Of a stretch of DNA of 63,927 bases, positions 51,001-63,745 are shown one piece after another. A program made the translations under genes and the position numbers. The stretch's first letter is position 1. Every line of letters begins with the position of its first letter. The notes beneath the pieces are model-generated. The model was not told where the DNA came from and ran no database searches. It was given only the letters and a program-made list of their open reading frames with translations. Source of the DNA: Aplysia californica (taxonomy: Eukaryota); the NCBI RefSeq assembly GCF_000002075.1, contig NW_004797630.1, positions 14,819 to 78,745 of the forward strand, in the 5' to 3' direction.

Positions 51001-54000
51001 CTTATACAACTTATTTGTGTTGCAAGTGCTGTAAAACTCGTACTAAAACTTTTAAAAAACCCAAATAATATATATTATTTGTTTTATTTTGTTTATACCT
51101 ATTTTTGTTATACCTATTTGTGTTGCAAGTGCTGTAAAACTCTTACAAAAACTTTAAAAAGCCCCAAATAATATATATTATTTGTATTTTTTTGTTTATA
51201 CCTATATACCTATTTTGTGTTGCAAGTGCTGTAAAATTCTTACTAAACCTAAGAACAATAACAGGTCCCTTTGTGTGTGCTCTGGAGTTTGCCACGGGCG
51301 TCTCGGCCCACGTTGTGGGGAAACCCAGCGAGAACTTCTTCCTGTCGGCCATTGCCGGGCTCGACTGTCGGCCTGAGGAGTGCGTCATGATTGGAGATGT
51401 GAGTAACCTGCTTGGGTAAAGATAAACTCGCCCCCCCCCCCCACACACACACACACACCCTCTCCCCAACCCTCCATCTCGTTTTGAACTGCATGACTTC
51501 GGGTGGTTTACAGGTACTCTAGTGTGGTTTGCTCCTTCTCTTCTATCATTCAAACATCTATCGTCCTTATCTCTGCTCTTCTCCCTCTTTTCTTCGTATA
51601 TTACACTCCGGCAACACTTCTAACCTTCTCCACTTGAATGACCTATTTGTATTGCAAATGCTGTAAAACCCTCACTAAAACTAAAACGTGGGTGGTTGGC
51701 GGGTGCTCTGGTGTGATTTGCTCCTTCTTTCCTATCAAACATCTATCGTCGTTATCTCCCCTTCTTCTTTTTTGTGCTTGTTACTCTCTTGTAACACCTC
51801 TAATCTTCTGGCGCTCATATGACCTTATGCAGTTGTGAGTGCCGTAAAAGCTCTACTAAAACAAAACTAAAACAAAACTAATATGAACTGCATGACCTAT
51901 TGTGCAACATCTGGGGTGACCGTAGGGTCGCAATGTTTTACTCTAGTAACACACAAAACAGGCGGCTCTGATATAATGCTTTGCTACTTTACTTTACAGT
52001 AATACTTTTTCGCATGCAAGGTAATTTGTGAGGCAGCGTGGTGGAATCAGGCTCTCGTCAAAATAATCAAAGTGAAGAAACTTGCATTTTTCCACAGGTT
52101 TGTGAATTTTTATAAAATTTTTGTTTTATGGCTCAACACCTTTCATGCCCATTAAAAAACTCATTTCCGTGTGGATTTTTCTTTAAAACGTTGATTAAAG
52201 GCGCAAAAATGTAAATTTTCAGTTAACACGGACTCGTAAGCTAAGGATATAACTAATCTTTGGCGGCCATTTTCTCACTTCTTTTACCTCTGAAAACAGG
52301 TGACCCCCACCTCCTTCATTCACAAATATCTCCACTTGTATTCAAGATAAATGGATATTTTTTTCATCCAAATACAAACAGGTGAACAAGCTTTAAAATG
52401 ATACCAATAACTCTACATGCCCAAGAATTGACGAGAGCCAGATTCCACCACGCTGCCTCACATTTGGTTTTGAGTGTGTTTATTTGTTTGTTTTTGTGCC
52501 TTTGAAGACAAGAAAAATGTTGTGGTCTTCAACCAAAGGCAATTTTTTCTTCCAGTTGCTGTTGGAAATTGAGTTCACTCACATTTCATCAGTAATGTAT
52601 AATGTGGCAATAGGGAGGAAATAGCGGGCAGACGGTGGGTGCTCTGGTGTGGTTTGCTCCTTCTTTCTAATTCTTTCCTATCAAACATCTATCGTCCTTA
52701 TTATATCTCTCCTCTTTATTTTTTTGTGTTTGTAACTCTCTTGTAACACCTGTAATCTATGGCACTTATGTGACCTAATTGTATTGCTAGTGCCGTAAAA
52801 CTCTTATTATTATAAAACTTAACTTTTTTCTGCCACAGGATGTGAGCGACGACATTCACGGGGCACAGACGATTGGCATGAAAGGAATCTTGGTGAAGAC
52901 AGGTTAGTGGTCAGAGTACATCAGTTCCAAGACGCTATGTGTCCCTGCCGGTCAATATCAGTCATATGACGGAAATTTCAAAACTGAGTTAACAATATTT
53001 CCAAAAACTATCACCTTTTTCCTACAATTTAAAACAAGAATGAAGTAAATACGACCATATTTGACGAATATACAGAGCTTTTAATTGTGCGAGGTGAGGA
53101 AACACGAAAAGGAGAAACTGGCCTTCGAAGTTGAGCAACATGTTTCCATAGAACTGGGGGTCTTAGAATTGAGATAGAGACTAGAAATTTATCAGTGGAT
53201 TATAGTCGTTTATTTTTTATCGTAAATGAAGAAGAAAACATCAAACTTTCAATTGATCCAAAAAACAAAAATTTCATGGAAAGTCACTTTTTTTGCCTTT
53301 CGAGCCTCATAGCTGATAATAGCACACTGCGTCTTACGACTGATATTGAGCGGGGGAGACACTATATAAGCTTTACTTACAAAAATTGTCATTTTGATTT
53401 TGATCTCAACTTCGTGGAGGTAATTTTGTAAGTACCTTCCCTTTGGATGGCGCTCATATGACCTTATGCAGTTGCGAGCGCCGTAAAACCTTACTAAAAC
53501 TAAAACTTCGCTTTGGAATGGCTTCTTTGTATTTTGTAGACCTAAAAATACTGACGTCTGTGGTGCAGCTTTTCTAGTATGAAATGATAAAAGACATGTT
53601 AAATTTGAAGATAACTTCATCACTTGAAAATCTACCAATTTGACCTTTGTGTATATTTTTGATCAATATAATCACCATTCACTGAATGCGAGAAGTAACT
53701 TATTTTGTCATCGCGCCTCAAATTTACACTATATCTCCAGTTTCTCTTACATAGGTTGGGAAGCGCACAGAGCTTGCTGTTGAGTGGGAATTTGCACTGT
53801 ACAAATGCTATCTATTATTATTATTAATTTCTTTATNNNNNNNNNNNNNNNNNNNNNNNNNNNNNNNNNNNNNNNNNNNNNNNNNNNNNNNNNNNNNNNN
53901 NNNNNNNNNNNNNNNNNNNNNNNNNNNNNNNNNNNNNNNNNNNNNNNNNNNNNNNNNNNNNNNNNNNNNNNNNNNNNNNNNNNNNNNNNNNNNNNNNNNN

Positions 54001-54134
54001 TTGACCGTGCGTCTGGTTTGAACGTGTCCCCAGGAAAGTACCGAGACGGTGACCAGGACAAGATCTCTCCCCCTCCCCACAGAGTGTGTGCGGACTTTGC
54101 TCACGCAGTCGAGGAGGTCCTGTCTGGTTTATGA
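48024..54134 (+). CDS. HDHD2: Haloacid dehalogenase-like hydrolase domain-containing protein 2; coding exons 48024-48118, 48528-48739, 49660-49744, 50045-50127, 51265-51398, 52839-52902, 54034-54134 (774 nt, 257 aa)
   Basis: [13 protein letters not shown] (DxS motif I typical of HDHD2), [49 protein letters not shown] and GILVKTGKYR. All junctions are GT-AG and in phase. Confidence 0.96.
49768..49975. repeat. Three tandem copies of GTGGGTGGTTGGAGGGTGCCACTGG.. after HDHD2 exon
   Basis: Direct reading; unit start resembles the 5' end of retroelement A. Confidence 0.85.
50135..50465. repeat. TTGACCC-core minisatellite after HDHD2 exon donor
   Basis: Repeated TTGACCCTTGACTCAGGGCTAACTTGACCCTGG. 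Confidence 0.9.
52027..52462. mobile_element. MITE with about 34-bp TIRs; second copy at 54374-54808
   Basis: TGTGAGGCAGCGTGGTGGAATC.GGCTCTCGTCA / TGACGAGAGCC.GATTCCACCACGCTGCCTCACA. Confidence 0.85.
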
Positions 54135-57081
54135 TGTCACACATGCGTGCATTCGTTCGTTCGTATGTACGTAATGCGCCCCCCCCCACCCCCACCCACA
54201 CACAGATTCACATCATTCCCCGACTTGACCATACCTCTGGTCTGAACGTGTCCCCAGAGGAAAGTATCGAGGCGTTGACCAAGACCTGAGGTTGTGGTGC
54301 GGAAAAGGCACCCCATTGGAGGGGGAGAGTTGTGGCCCTTATTGGTGGGTCAGTGGACTACATATATTATATCTGTGAGGCAGCGTGGTGAAATCAGGCG
54401 CTCGTCAAAATAATCAAAGTGAAGAAACTCACATTTTTCTGCAGGTTTGTGAAATTTTATTGAATTTTTGTTTTTTTGGCTCAATACCTTTCACGCCCAT
54501 TAAAAGACACATTTAGTTATTTATGGATTTTACTGAAAAACGTTGTTCAAGGCACAAAAACGTCAATTTTCAGTGTCCACGGACTCTCAAGCTAAGGGAA
54601 TAACTAACCTTTGGCGGCCATTTTCTCACTAATTTTACCTCTGGAACCAGGTGACCCCCCCACCTCCTTCATTTGCAAAAATATCTCAACTTGTATTCAA
54701 AATAAATAAATAAATATTTTTTTCATCCAAAGCAAAATAACTGAACTAGCTTTAAGATGATACCAATAATGCTACATGCCCAAGAACTGACGAGAGCCTG
54801 GTTCCACCGTTTTGTTACACATAGAATAATTATAATGTACAGGGTGTACCAAAGGTTGCAAATCATCCTGGTTTTCACCAAAAACAGCTTGGTTGATATT
54901 AGTTTTTAATTTTAATTAAAGCGCTTCAGTTGGGCTCCCTCAGCAATAGAACAGGATAGAATCTCTCTCTCATTTTGTGCTAACTCTTAAAACCCTGAAT
55001 TCTTTTTTTTCATACCTCCCTAGAATCCTGAATTAAAATTGAGACACTAGAAAAAATTAGGTTGGTTCATTATTTTGTTTACTGTGTCTTTAATTGTTGT
55101 TAGATTTTACTGAAGTTTGAAAATGTTATTTATATATATGAATGCACAGTCTGAACAAAAGGGGAAAGGTTAATGTGTTTCTCTCGAGACAACTGTCTTA
55201 TACCGGTATACGCTTGGGAGTTACAGGTGTGATCTTTTATCACTCTCATTGTTAGTGCTTCCTTCAAATCGTCGGTTTCTGTCTTTGAAGAGGGTTTTTG
55301 GGATGGTGCGCGACTTTTGGGACACCATGAATGTCGCCAGTCAGCTGATAAAATGTACTTTATCTCAAAGTTTTGAATTTTTGTTTCATCATAGTTTCTG
55401 AATCTGTGATATCTGTTGCCAAGTGCTCAAAAAAATATTTTGTTGAAATTTCAAATTCTAAAGGTTGAAAAAAAAAAGAAAGCGTGAAAAAATGTGTTAT
55501 GTCGGTACAGTTGCTTTAAAAAGAATAAAACAGTTTTTGTTGCTCTGTCCTGTATAATTTGGGTTTTTTTGGATAGTGCATTTTAACAGCTAGCTGACAA
55601 TGTGTGATATTATGCTCAACCTTGTGGCGCGGGTTACAACTACTACTAATACTATTCAGAGGCACCAAAGAAAAACAAATTATGTTCTTGTAATCAGTTG
55701 CACTTATTTTTTTTATATATTTATTTTTAAAAAGTATTTTTCACTTCTCATTTTTCTTCGGAACGTTGTCAGGGGTAAATCCTTATAATTATAATTTCTT
55801 TTTTAAAGCTTCCGTTGTTTCTGTCTGCATGTCTTGCTTTTTCCCAGCACTGAATAACCAGTATTGTGACGACGTTTTTCGTTTTACTCAAACAAACTAT
55901 ATTGGAGTTGGCGGACTGAAATCTGACAGACCACTGGATTTTCTTCAGTATAGCCGAGGTTTGCGACAAAATAGTTCTGAGGCGATGACTGCATGGTTAT
56001 ATTTAATTCGTTGCTACGAGAATATTCGTATCCAAGCAGCTGCTTGACCACGAGAAAATCCTTATCCCTCTGTCTCTCTAAAACTTGTTCCAGACCATCA
56101 TTTCCCAGTTTTAAAAAAACCAAACTATTATAGAGCTACCGTTTGTGCACTTCCGTATGCCTGTCCCCATCGTTTTATGCAAAAGAAAATTCTGAAATTA
56201 TGCAAACTGAGCCCAAAAATGTGAAATTATGCGATTCTGTTAATTTTAACAAAGAATGATAAAGGAAAATAATCAGAAATTATGCAAAAAAATGATCAAA
56301 TTTTGCTAGATTATGCGGGGTGCATAAAACCACGGGGACAGGAATGTAACATTTCTCGGATGATTGAGCCAAATGGGCAGAGAGCCTCAGCCAGCTCCCC
56401 GGAAAAACTTAAGTTCAAAACGCCATTTGGGGGATTGGAACCACAGCCATCCGCTTCTAACTCCAGCATGATGATTCCAACTAACTAAGCTAACAATGCA
56501 CCCGCACAAACTCCACGCGATTTTTGGGGTTTTAAGTTATTTAAGCAGATTTCATGGTAACGGACGTTGCAATGCATAGAATAAAAGGTTGGGGAGGGGA
56601 ATCTGGGATTTGAAATTCTTTTATGAATGGTAAAAGGAATTTTTGTGTTAAACGGCTTTGTGTTTTAAACAAAATCTATTGTACTTTTATTGTCTTTTTA
56701 TTAAAAGAAGAGGGGTCGGGGAGGAGGTGGGGCTGGCAGTTTGCCAATGTTTTGTGAAAAACTTTCAGTCGTTAGTTTAAAAAAAAATAATGTAAGTGAT
56801 TTCACGGCCCTGTTGACATAATGTAGGTCATTTAGGAGGCGGGCTTCCAACCCAGCCTGTCGCAGCTAACCTAGGTTAGTGGGCGGTGGGCGGGTGCTCT
56901 GGTGTGGTTTGCTTCTTCTTTCCTATCGAACATCTATCGTCCTTACCTCCCCTTCTTCTTTTTTATGTTTTGTTACTCTCTTGTAACGCCTCTAATCTTC
57001 TGGCGCTCATATGATGACCTTATGCAGTTGCGAGCGCCGTAAAACCTCTACTAAAACTAACTAACCCAGGTTGAGAGGGAT

Positions 57082-57126
<45 letters not shown>

Positions 57127-57532
57127 GTATCTATATATATATATATATCCGTTTATATATATATATATATATGAAATCCCAGCAGAAAGACCAAGATACT
57201 CTATATAAATTTGCCCCACTCAGGAACCAAACTCAGGTCTTTTATGGGTGAGTGGCAGCGAAACTCCTAATCACTCACTACACCACAGGCTCTGATATTT
57301 TTGGTGAATTAATGCTGATTGTTATTTTTTGTGAAATAATTTAAATTAAATAATGCTTTTTGTGTTATTTTTGTTGAAATAATGCCATGTATTATTTTGG
57401 TGAAATAATTATTTTTAATTTTGGTGAAAAAATGCTGTGTATTATTTTTGATGAATCAATGCTTTGCATTATTGTTTTAGGTGAAATAATGCTGTGTACT
57501 ACTTTTGGTGCAATAATGCTGAGCTATTTTTA

Positions 57533-58245
57533 AGGCCATCTGCGAGTGAAATTTCCCCCATTTTTACCCAGTTTGACCATGCTATTTTTTGTCTCCATTT
57601 TCGAAACTTACGTCCATTTCCCCCGAAGTTTCAAGCGCCCATTTCAATCAATTATGTTTAGAAGTCATGTAAAAATGGGTTTTTTAAAATAATTAGCTAT
57701 TTTGCGTCATATTTTTAAATATTTTCTTCATTTTTTTTCAAATATTTCTTTTCCCCCGCGACTTCAAATTACGCCTTCTCCATTAGTTTTCATCTGAATG
57801 GCTTCATAGGTGCGTCCATAGGTGACCTTTACTGAAATAGAGCCTTTTTTGAAGATAAGAAAATAAAGTTACAATCAGTGTTTTTGTTGGGAATTTTGAG
57901 TTTTTTTGCTATTCGTCCACAGTACATATTTCCAGAGTCCATAATTATTTTCATAATTGTAATATTACAAATCTGGCGTTATTTGTTCATTACACAGGTG
58001 TTGTAGTTTGTAATTACTAAAAATGAAAGCCAATAGAGTAAAAATAAGAGAGAAGATAGCTTTTGAAATTTGATGAAATTATCCAATATGGCGGACGTTT
58101 GCTTGGTAACCATGGTTACTATGTGCTTATAATAATAAATAATTACTTGAATTTATTCTTTGATGTTTGACTAATATAAATATATCATCGTTGCTATATT
58201 TAGTCAAAGGATGTGGATTTTAGAAATTTCACCAGCAGATGGCCT
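57533..58245. mobile_element. TIR element (about 710 bp) inserted in a GGTGAAATAATGC minisatellite
   Basis: AGGCCATCTGC..GTGAAATTTC ... GAAATTTCAC..GCAGATGGCCT; the same minisatellite continues on both sides. Confidence 0.75.
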
Positions 58246-58683
58246 GAAATAATACCATGTATTATTTAAGGTGAAATAATGCTTTGTGTTATTGTTGGTA
58301 AAATAATGCGGAGTATTGNNNNNNNNNNNNNNNNNNNNNNNNNNNNNNNNNNNNNNNNNNNNNNNNNNNNNNNNNNNNNNNNNNNNNNNNNNNNNNNNNN
58401 NNNNNNNNNNNNNNNNNNNNNNNNNNNNNNNNNNNNNNNNNNNNNNNNNNNNNNNNNNNNNNNNNNNNNNNNNNNNNNAATAATGGTTTCATTTTTTTTC
58501 TTTTCAACCATGCACATTTGCCTTCTTTAACTTTAAAGTACTTTCCTTTCTTTTTTTAGCTGTACTGTTAAGGTCTAGTTGAGCTCTCCATTCCGAATTT
58601 ACTTGACCTACTAACTACTACGCTCTATCGAAGGTCTCCACTCTCTGTGTTGCCAGCATAGGGGAAGCCATAACGTCGCATGT

Positions 58684-59031
58684 GGCGTCGGTGGCCTAGT
58701 GGTTAGGCTCTCGGACTCACAACCGTAAGGTCGTGGGTTCAAATCCCGTCAGGGGCCCGACGTTGTGTCCTTGGGAAAGGCACTTTGCACAAATTTTCCT
58801 CACTTCACCCAGGCGGAAATGGTTACCCAGCTATAGACAGTGAAAGATCTTGTCAGTTTGTTGATAGTGTTTGAGCGCGTGAAATCCGCAGCTTGCAGTG
58901 TATGCTTCCGCGGAAGCCGAGAATGTTTCTGAATATTCTCGGAGGGTCTGCTGGGGTAATAATAGTTGTAAAGCGATTAGAGCGTGCTCTTGAGCATGGA
59001 TATGCGTTATATAAATGCAATTATTATTATT
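58684..59031 (+). mobile_element. Full-length tRNA-derived SINE (Pol III head, conserved central domain, L2/CR1-like tail ending (ATT)n)
   Basis: A box TGGCCTAGTGG, B box GGTTCAAATCC, central GTGTCCTTGGGAAAGGCACTTT..CACCCAGG, tail GTAAAGCG..TATATAAATG(ATT)n. Partial relatives at 1-142, 2820-2920, 5495-5640, 6040-6260, 7245-7420, 41100-41250, 53750-53825 and 62275-62340. Confidence 0.85.
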
Positions 59032-60084
59032 ATGTTTATATGTGAAAGACGTGTTTTCGTGAATGGAGACCATGGGTGGTTGGAAGGTGCTCTTGTATGG
59101 TTTGCCCCTTCTTTCCTATCCTATTAAACATCTATCCTCCTCATCTCTCTTCCTTTTTTTTTGGTATTTGTTACTCTCTTGGAACACTTCTATTTATAAT
59201 CTTCGGCACTTTTTATACGACCTAGATCTACTAATATTAATTTTGTTGCAAGTGTTGCAAAACTCTTACTGAACCAAAGAATGCAGACCTCAACAAGGTC
59301 TTTACCCTGGTCTTTACCTCCGATCCACCATGTCAAGATTTCCAAATCAGATTCAGATTAGATTCGACAAATAATCTGTACTATACTAGTAACCTGCCTG
59401 TGGTGTAGTGGGTCAGCACTTTGCTGTCGCACGCAGGAGGCCGGAGATTTTTTTTGGTTTTTAAACAAAACATTTTTAGTAAGAGTTTTACGGCACTTGC
59501 AACACAAAAAGGTCATACAAGTGCCGAAGATTAGAGGTGCTACAAGAGAGCAACAAACACAAAAAAGAAGGAGGAGAGATTTAATAAGGACGATAGATGT
59601 TTGATAGGAGAGAATTAAGAAGCAAACCACACCAGAGCACCCGCCAGCCACCCACGGAGGCCCGAGTTCGATTCCCAAGAGGGGAGAATAGTTTTACCGA
59701 GTGTCGTAGTCCTTCTGCTCCGATGTTCTATCTCTCTCAGCCCCAGTTGGCCGCGACAGGCAGGGTCGGAAATCGCCCTCCCAAATGATCTAAATTGTGT
59801 CAATGGGGGCATTAAAAACAATTACATTTTAATTTAAAAATCTAAAAAACCCAACAAGCTACACTTTCTAGAACAAACAAAGGGCAAATTAACTAACAGA
59901 TCTGTTGAGAAAAATCAAGCAAGTCTGAATGATGGATGAATGTACATTGAGCATATCATCAACTAGGATTTCAACCCATCACTATATAATTTCAAATTTG
60001 CATATTTGCAGTAAGGGATGTTAGCTTGATATTCCTTCCTTCCCCTCTCCCTCTCCCCTCCCTCCTTCTCTCTCTCTCCCCCCC

Positions 60085-60118
<34 letters not shown>

Positions 60119-60454
60119 TGCTAGCAGGCACAAGGCCTGATAGCCCAAAATCAAAATTGGTGTTTTATTTCTAATTTGAAATCAGAAACAAAACCAAGTC
60201 TCTTCACTTTGCCCAAATTTATTTTCCGTCTTTATACACCAACGACAAGAACAACGGGTTTACGGTATGAACATTTTGATGTGCTGGATATTCTGTGGAC
60301 AACCGCCATCCCTGGCTACACACACACATAAATAATGACGCGCTTACACACATAAATAACGACTCACTAACAACACACATAAATAGCAACACATTAACCA
60401 ATGTGCATAACTGGCAATGCACTGACATACACCCATAAGTGGTGACGCATTTAC

Positions 60455-60555
60455 AGACACGCATATAAACATCGACATGCTAACATACACACATATAAAC
60501 ATCGACATGCTAACATACGCACATATAAACATCGACATGCTAACATACGCACATA
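60455..60555. repeat. 30-bp tandem repeat, about 3 copies
   Basis: CATATAAACATCGACATGCTAACATACGCA. Confidence 0.9.
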
Positions 60556-61254
60556 ATTCATCAAAAGCCTTCCACTGAGGGTACATGACCCCCAAAAAAA
60601 CATTTTTTTTTCAAAGTGATTTTACTCCCCCCATCGACACAATTTAGATAATTTAGGAGGAGGGGTTTCTTAAACTCCACCTGTCCACATACAATTAACA
60701 TAATTATACACAGAACTCTGTCTCTCCTGCCTAGCGAACCCAACACAGAGACACGCACGACAGACGAACAGACTGATAGACGGACGACACACCGATGGAT
60801 GAATAAAATAAATAAATAAACAAGCAAAAGCTCCACCCTCCAAAAACAGCAGCCCTTATGTATTCACAATACGCGAGCATCGATACAAGCAACTTCACCA
60901 ACATATATACGGTAATAATACTACTAATAATACACAATACATTTTCGGTACTAATACATCCAAAACAAAGCACAGCTGATGAAAAACTGTAAATTCTTTG
61001 CCATATCGACAGACCGAAGGGCTAGAGAACCCACCCATATGGCAGCTGGATCGGAAAAGTTTAAAAAAATATACATCCAAAACCACGGCAGTCTGGGCAG
61101 TTTGTTTAAGACTTGACTTGATAACAGTAACAACAACAAAAACCACTACAGCGACAAAACAAATGCAAACTGAACCCCCCCCCCTTTTAAAATGGAAGCT
61201 CATATTATCATGTATGACACGCAAGTTAGTGGCAACGAAAGAGGAATCCAAAAA

Positions 61255-61510
61255 CTAAAATCAATTCTGCACTACGCTACACCCCCCCCCCTCAAAGACA
61301 AACCGACCTTTGAACTCTCGCTCGAAATAGCCACGACCAAAATTCCACACAAAATCAATTCCGCACTACGCTACATCCTCAAGGATAAACCGACCTTTGA
61401 ACTCTCCCTCAAAGTTTTTGCCTAGACCAACATTCCACACAAAATAAATTCAGCACTGCGGTGCTCAGCGTTAAGTTAGAACAAACCGACCTTTGAACTC
61501 CCGCTCAAAG
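61255..61510. repeat. About 90-bp tandem repeat, 3 copies
   Basis: Recurring AAACCGACCTTTGAACTC and AATTC.GCACT.CG. Confidence 0.85.
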
Positions 61511-61885
61511 TAACCAAGACCAACGATTTACACACATGCACGACCTCCCCAAACCAATCTGCAACAACATCCCCCCCCACCCCCCTCCACCCGACAACCA
61601 ACAGGACAAAACCTTTTTGAACTCATTCTTCAACAGGACACACCGACGACAAGAAATGGGCATCGCACAAGTACGTACGCACGCACGCACGCACGCACAC
61701 ACACAACACTGATTGTCACAAAAGCCACAAAAACAAAACAAAACTGCCTAAAAAAACGTCCAAGATAGCAAGATAGTAAGAATAAAAATCATTCAGAAGA
61801 CACCACATTTCTTAGGAAGTGAATGAACAACTGCACCGATACACACACACACACACAAATACATACATACACATGACATTATGAC

Positions 61886-61918
<33 letters not shown>

Positions 61919-63091
61919 ATATTTCATTCCGTGTCAGCACCACGTATGTTTTTCCCTACACATTACACATGACGCTAGAAGAAGAAGAAGAATGCCCGAT
62001 ACTATCTGAACCAAAACGTCCACAAAATACGAGACAAGTTATATCACTTTCTGGTTATGTTATAGTAGAGGAAACGCTGCTTCCATCCATCATCTGTCGA
62101 AAACGAAGGAAGGAAAAAACAAAACTTTTTAAAAAAATTATTTTTTTTAAAGGAGTAAGAAAAATCCAAGGCTGTGGGGGATTTCTTGGTTGGGAGGTGG
62201 CTGGCTCAACAAGTCACCAAATTTACTAACACATGAAATAAATACTTCTGTGTTCTGAACAAGTCTAACACACACAGCGCATTGAGCACTTCTTTGTGGA
62301 AATGCGCTATATAAATGCAATTTATTATTATTATTATTTCTTATAACACACATGAAACATACAAGATCTGTGTTTTCATAAATAACTAACCACCAAACAA
62401 TCATAAAGTGTGACAAAGTCAAACCCATAGACTTCTACTTATAATAAAATCCTAGACCATGCATTCTCTTGTCGTATATATCCAGTTCACGATAAAGCCG
62501 AAACATTTGGACTCAATGTGAGCCAAATAAAGGTCAACGGAGAAAGGTACGATGCGCACTCCTTTTATTATAGCCAGACTGTGGTGTATTGCCTGTTATT
62601 TGTGCGTAATGGCGCGCGCGGCCCGTAGAGCGCACGCTTGGCAGTGAAGTTTTTATAGAGATCAAAGAGCGGAAGCCACGACAGTTTGCAGTCTAGGAAT
62701 ATTATATCAGTCTGTGGTCTGACAGATGCATAGACTACTTCTGTGCACACCCCCTCCCCTCCCTCCTTGTACTGCAACAGATTTTGATCTTTTTTTTTTT
62801 TTTTTTTTTTCCTCACCAACTTATGTTCATTCAAGGTCGTTCTCTGCCATGTGCTATTCACAAAGAATATAATTTCATCCTTGCAAATAGCAACCTCTTA
62901 TAGATATTTAACTCTTTTTTTTTTCCCTCTCCTCTAAAATTTTCTCCCCTTCTGAATCAACGGATGGAAAAAAAGGGAATAACGTTTCATCCTTTAGCTC
63001 TGGCTGAAAATATCAACCTCCTGTACATATTATTCAACATCTCATTTTCCTCTGATTCAATTGCTTAGCGTAAAACTCCTTCCTACTCCGT

Positions 63092-63307
63092 TTAGAAAAG
63101 TGACGCACGAGTACGACGCCATACGCCATTTTGAAAAGTGACATGAGTTTGACGCAAAACGCCATTTTGAAAAGTGACATATATAGGAGTACGACGCCAT
63201 ACGCTATTTTGAAAAGTGACATGAGTATGACGCCATAAGCTATTTTGAAAAGTAACACATGAATATGACGCCATACGCCATTTTGAAAAGTGACGCACGA
63301 GTATGAC
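63092..63307. repeat. About 36-bp tandem repeat, about 6 copies, in the probable ACO1 3'UTR
   Basis: TTTTGAAAAGTGACATGAGTATGACGCCATACGCCA. Confidence 0.9.
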
Positions 63308-63514
63308 CAAGGGTCTTACGCTGAGCAGCCGAAATGCTTTCTTTCCCCTTCACAACCAACAGAGGAACGTAACGCAGCGATGGTAACCTCACAACAAACA
63401 AACGAAGAATTCACAGCGGCTCCAAAACCCCCAGTAGTAGTAGCACAGCCTGCTTCCGTCGCAAATGGCACCAAAACCGTATCTCCCTCCTCCTGTTTCA
63501 AAGACAGCGATGGA

Positions 63515-63642
63515 CCGTGCTGCGACCTACAACACAGTTAAACGTGCTGTGACCTACAACACAGTAAAACGTGCTGCGCCCTACAACACAGTTAAACGTG
63601 CTGTGACCTACAACACAGTAGAACGTGCTGCCACCTACAACA
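63515..63642. repeat. 27-bp tandem repeat, about 5 copies, overlapping the ACO1 stop codon
   Basis: ACGTGCTGTGACCTACAACACAGTTAA. Confidence 0.92.
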
Positions 63643-63745
63643 TGCGCCGCACCATGTAGTTGAGGATACCGCCGTGCCTGAAGTAGGTCAGCTCGACCTC
63701 CGTGTCGAATCGCAGTCGCGCCTCGAAGGAACGTCCGTCACTCAG
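63635..63745 (-). CDS. ACO1: Terminal coding exon of cytosolic aconitase / iron regulatory protein 1 (rest of gene lies beyond the window)
   Basis: After a polypyrimidine tract and CAG the exon reads [36 protein letters not shown], the characteristic IRP/aconitase A C-terminus. Not in the ORF track because it is short. Confidence 0.93.
   Translation of the reverse strand: MSDGRSFEARLRFDTEVELTYFRHGGILNYMVRRML

Noticed and set aside
58684-58758. tRNA gene
   Set aside because: Poor acceptor stem, and it runs directly into a SINE body and tail that are repeated elsewhere in the window.
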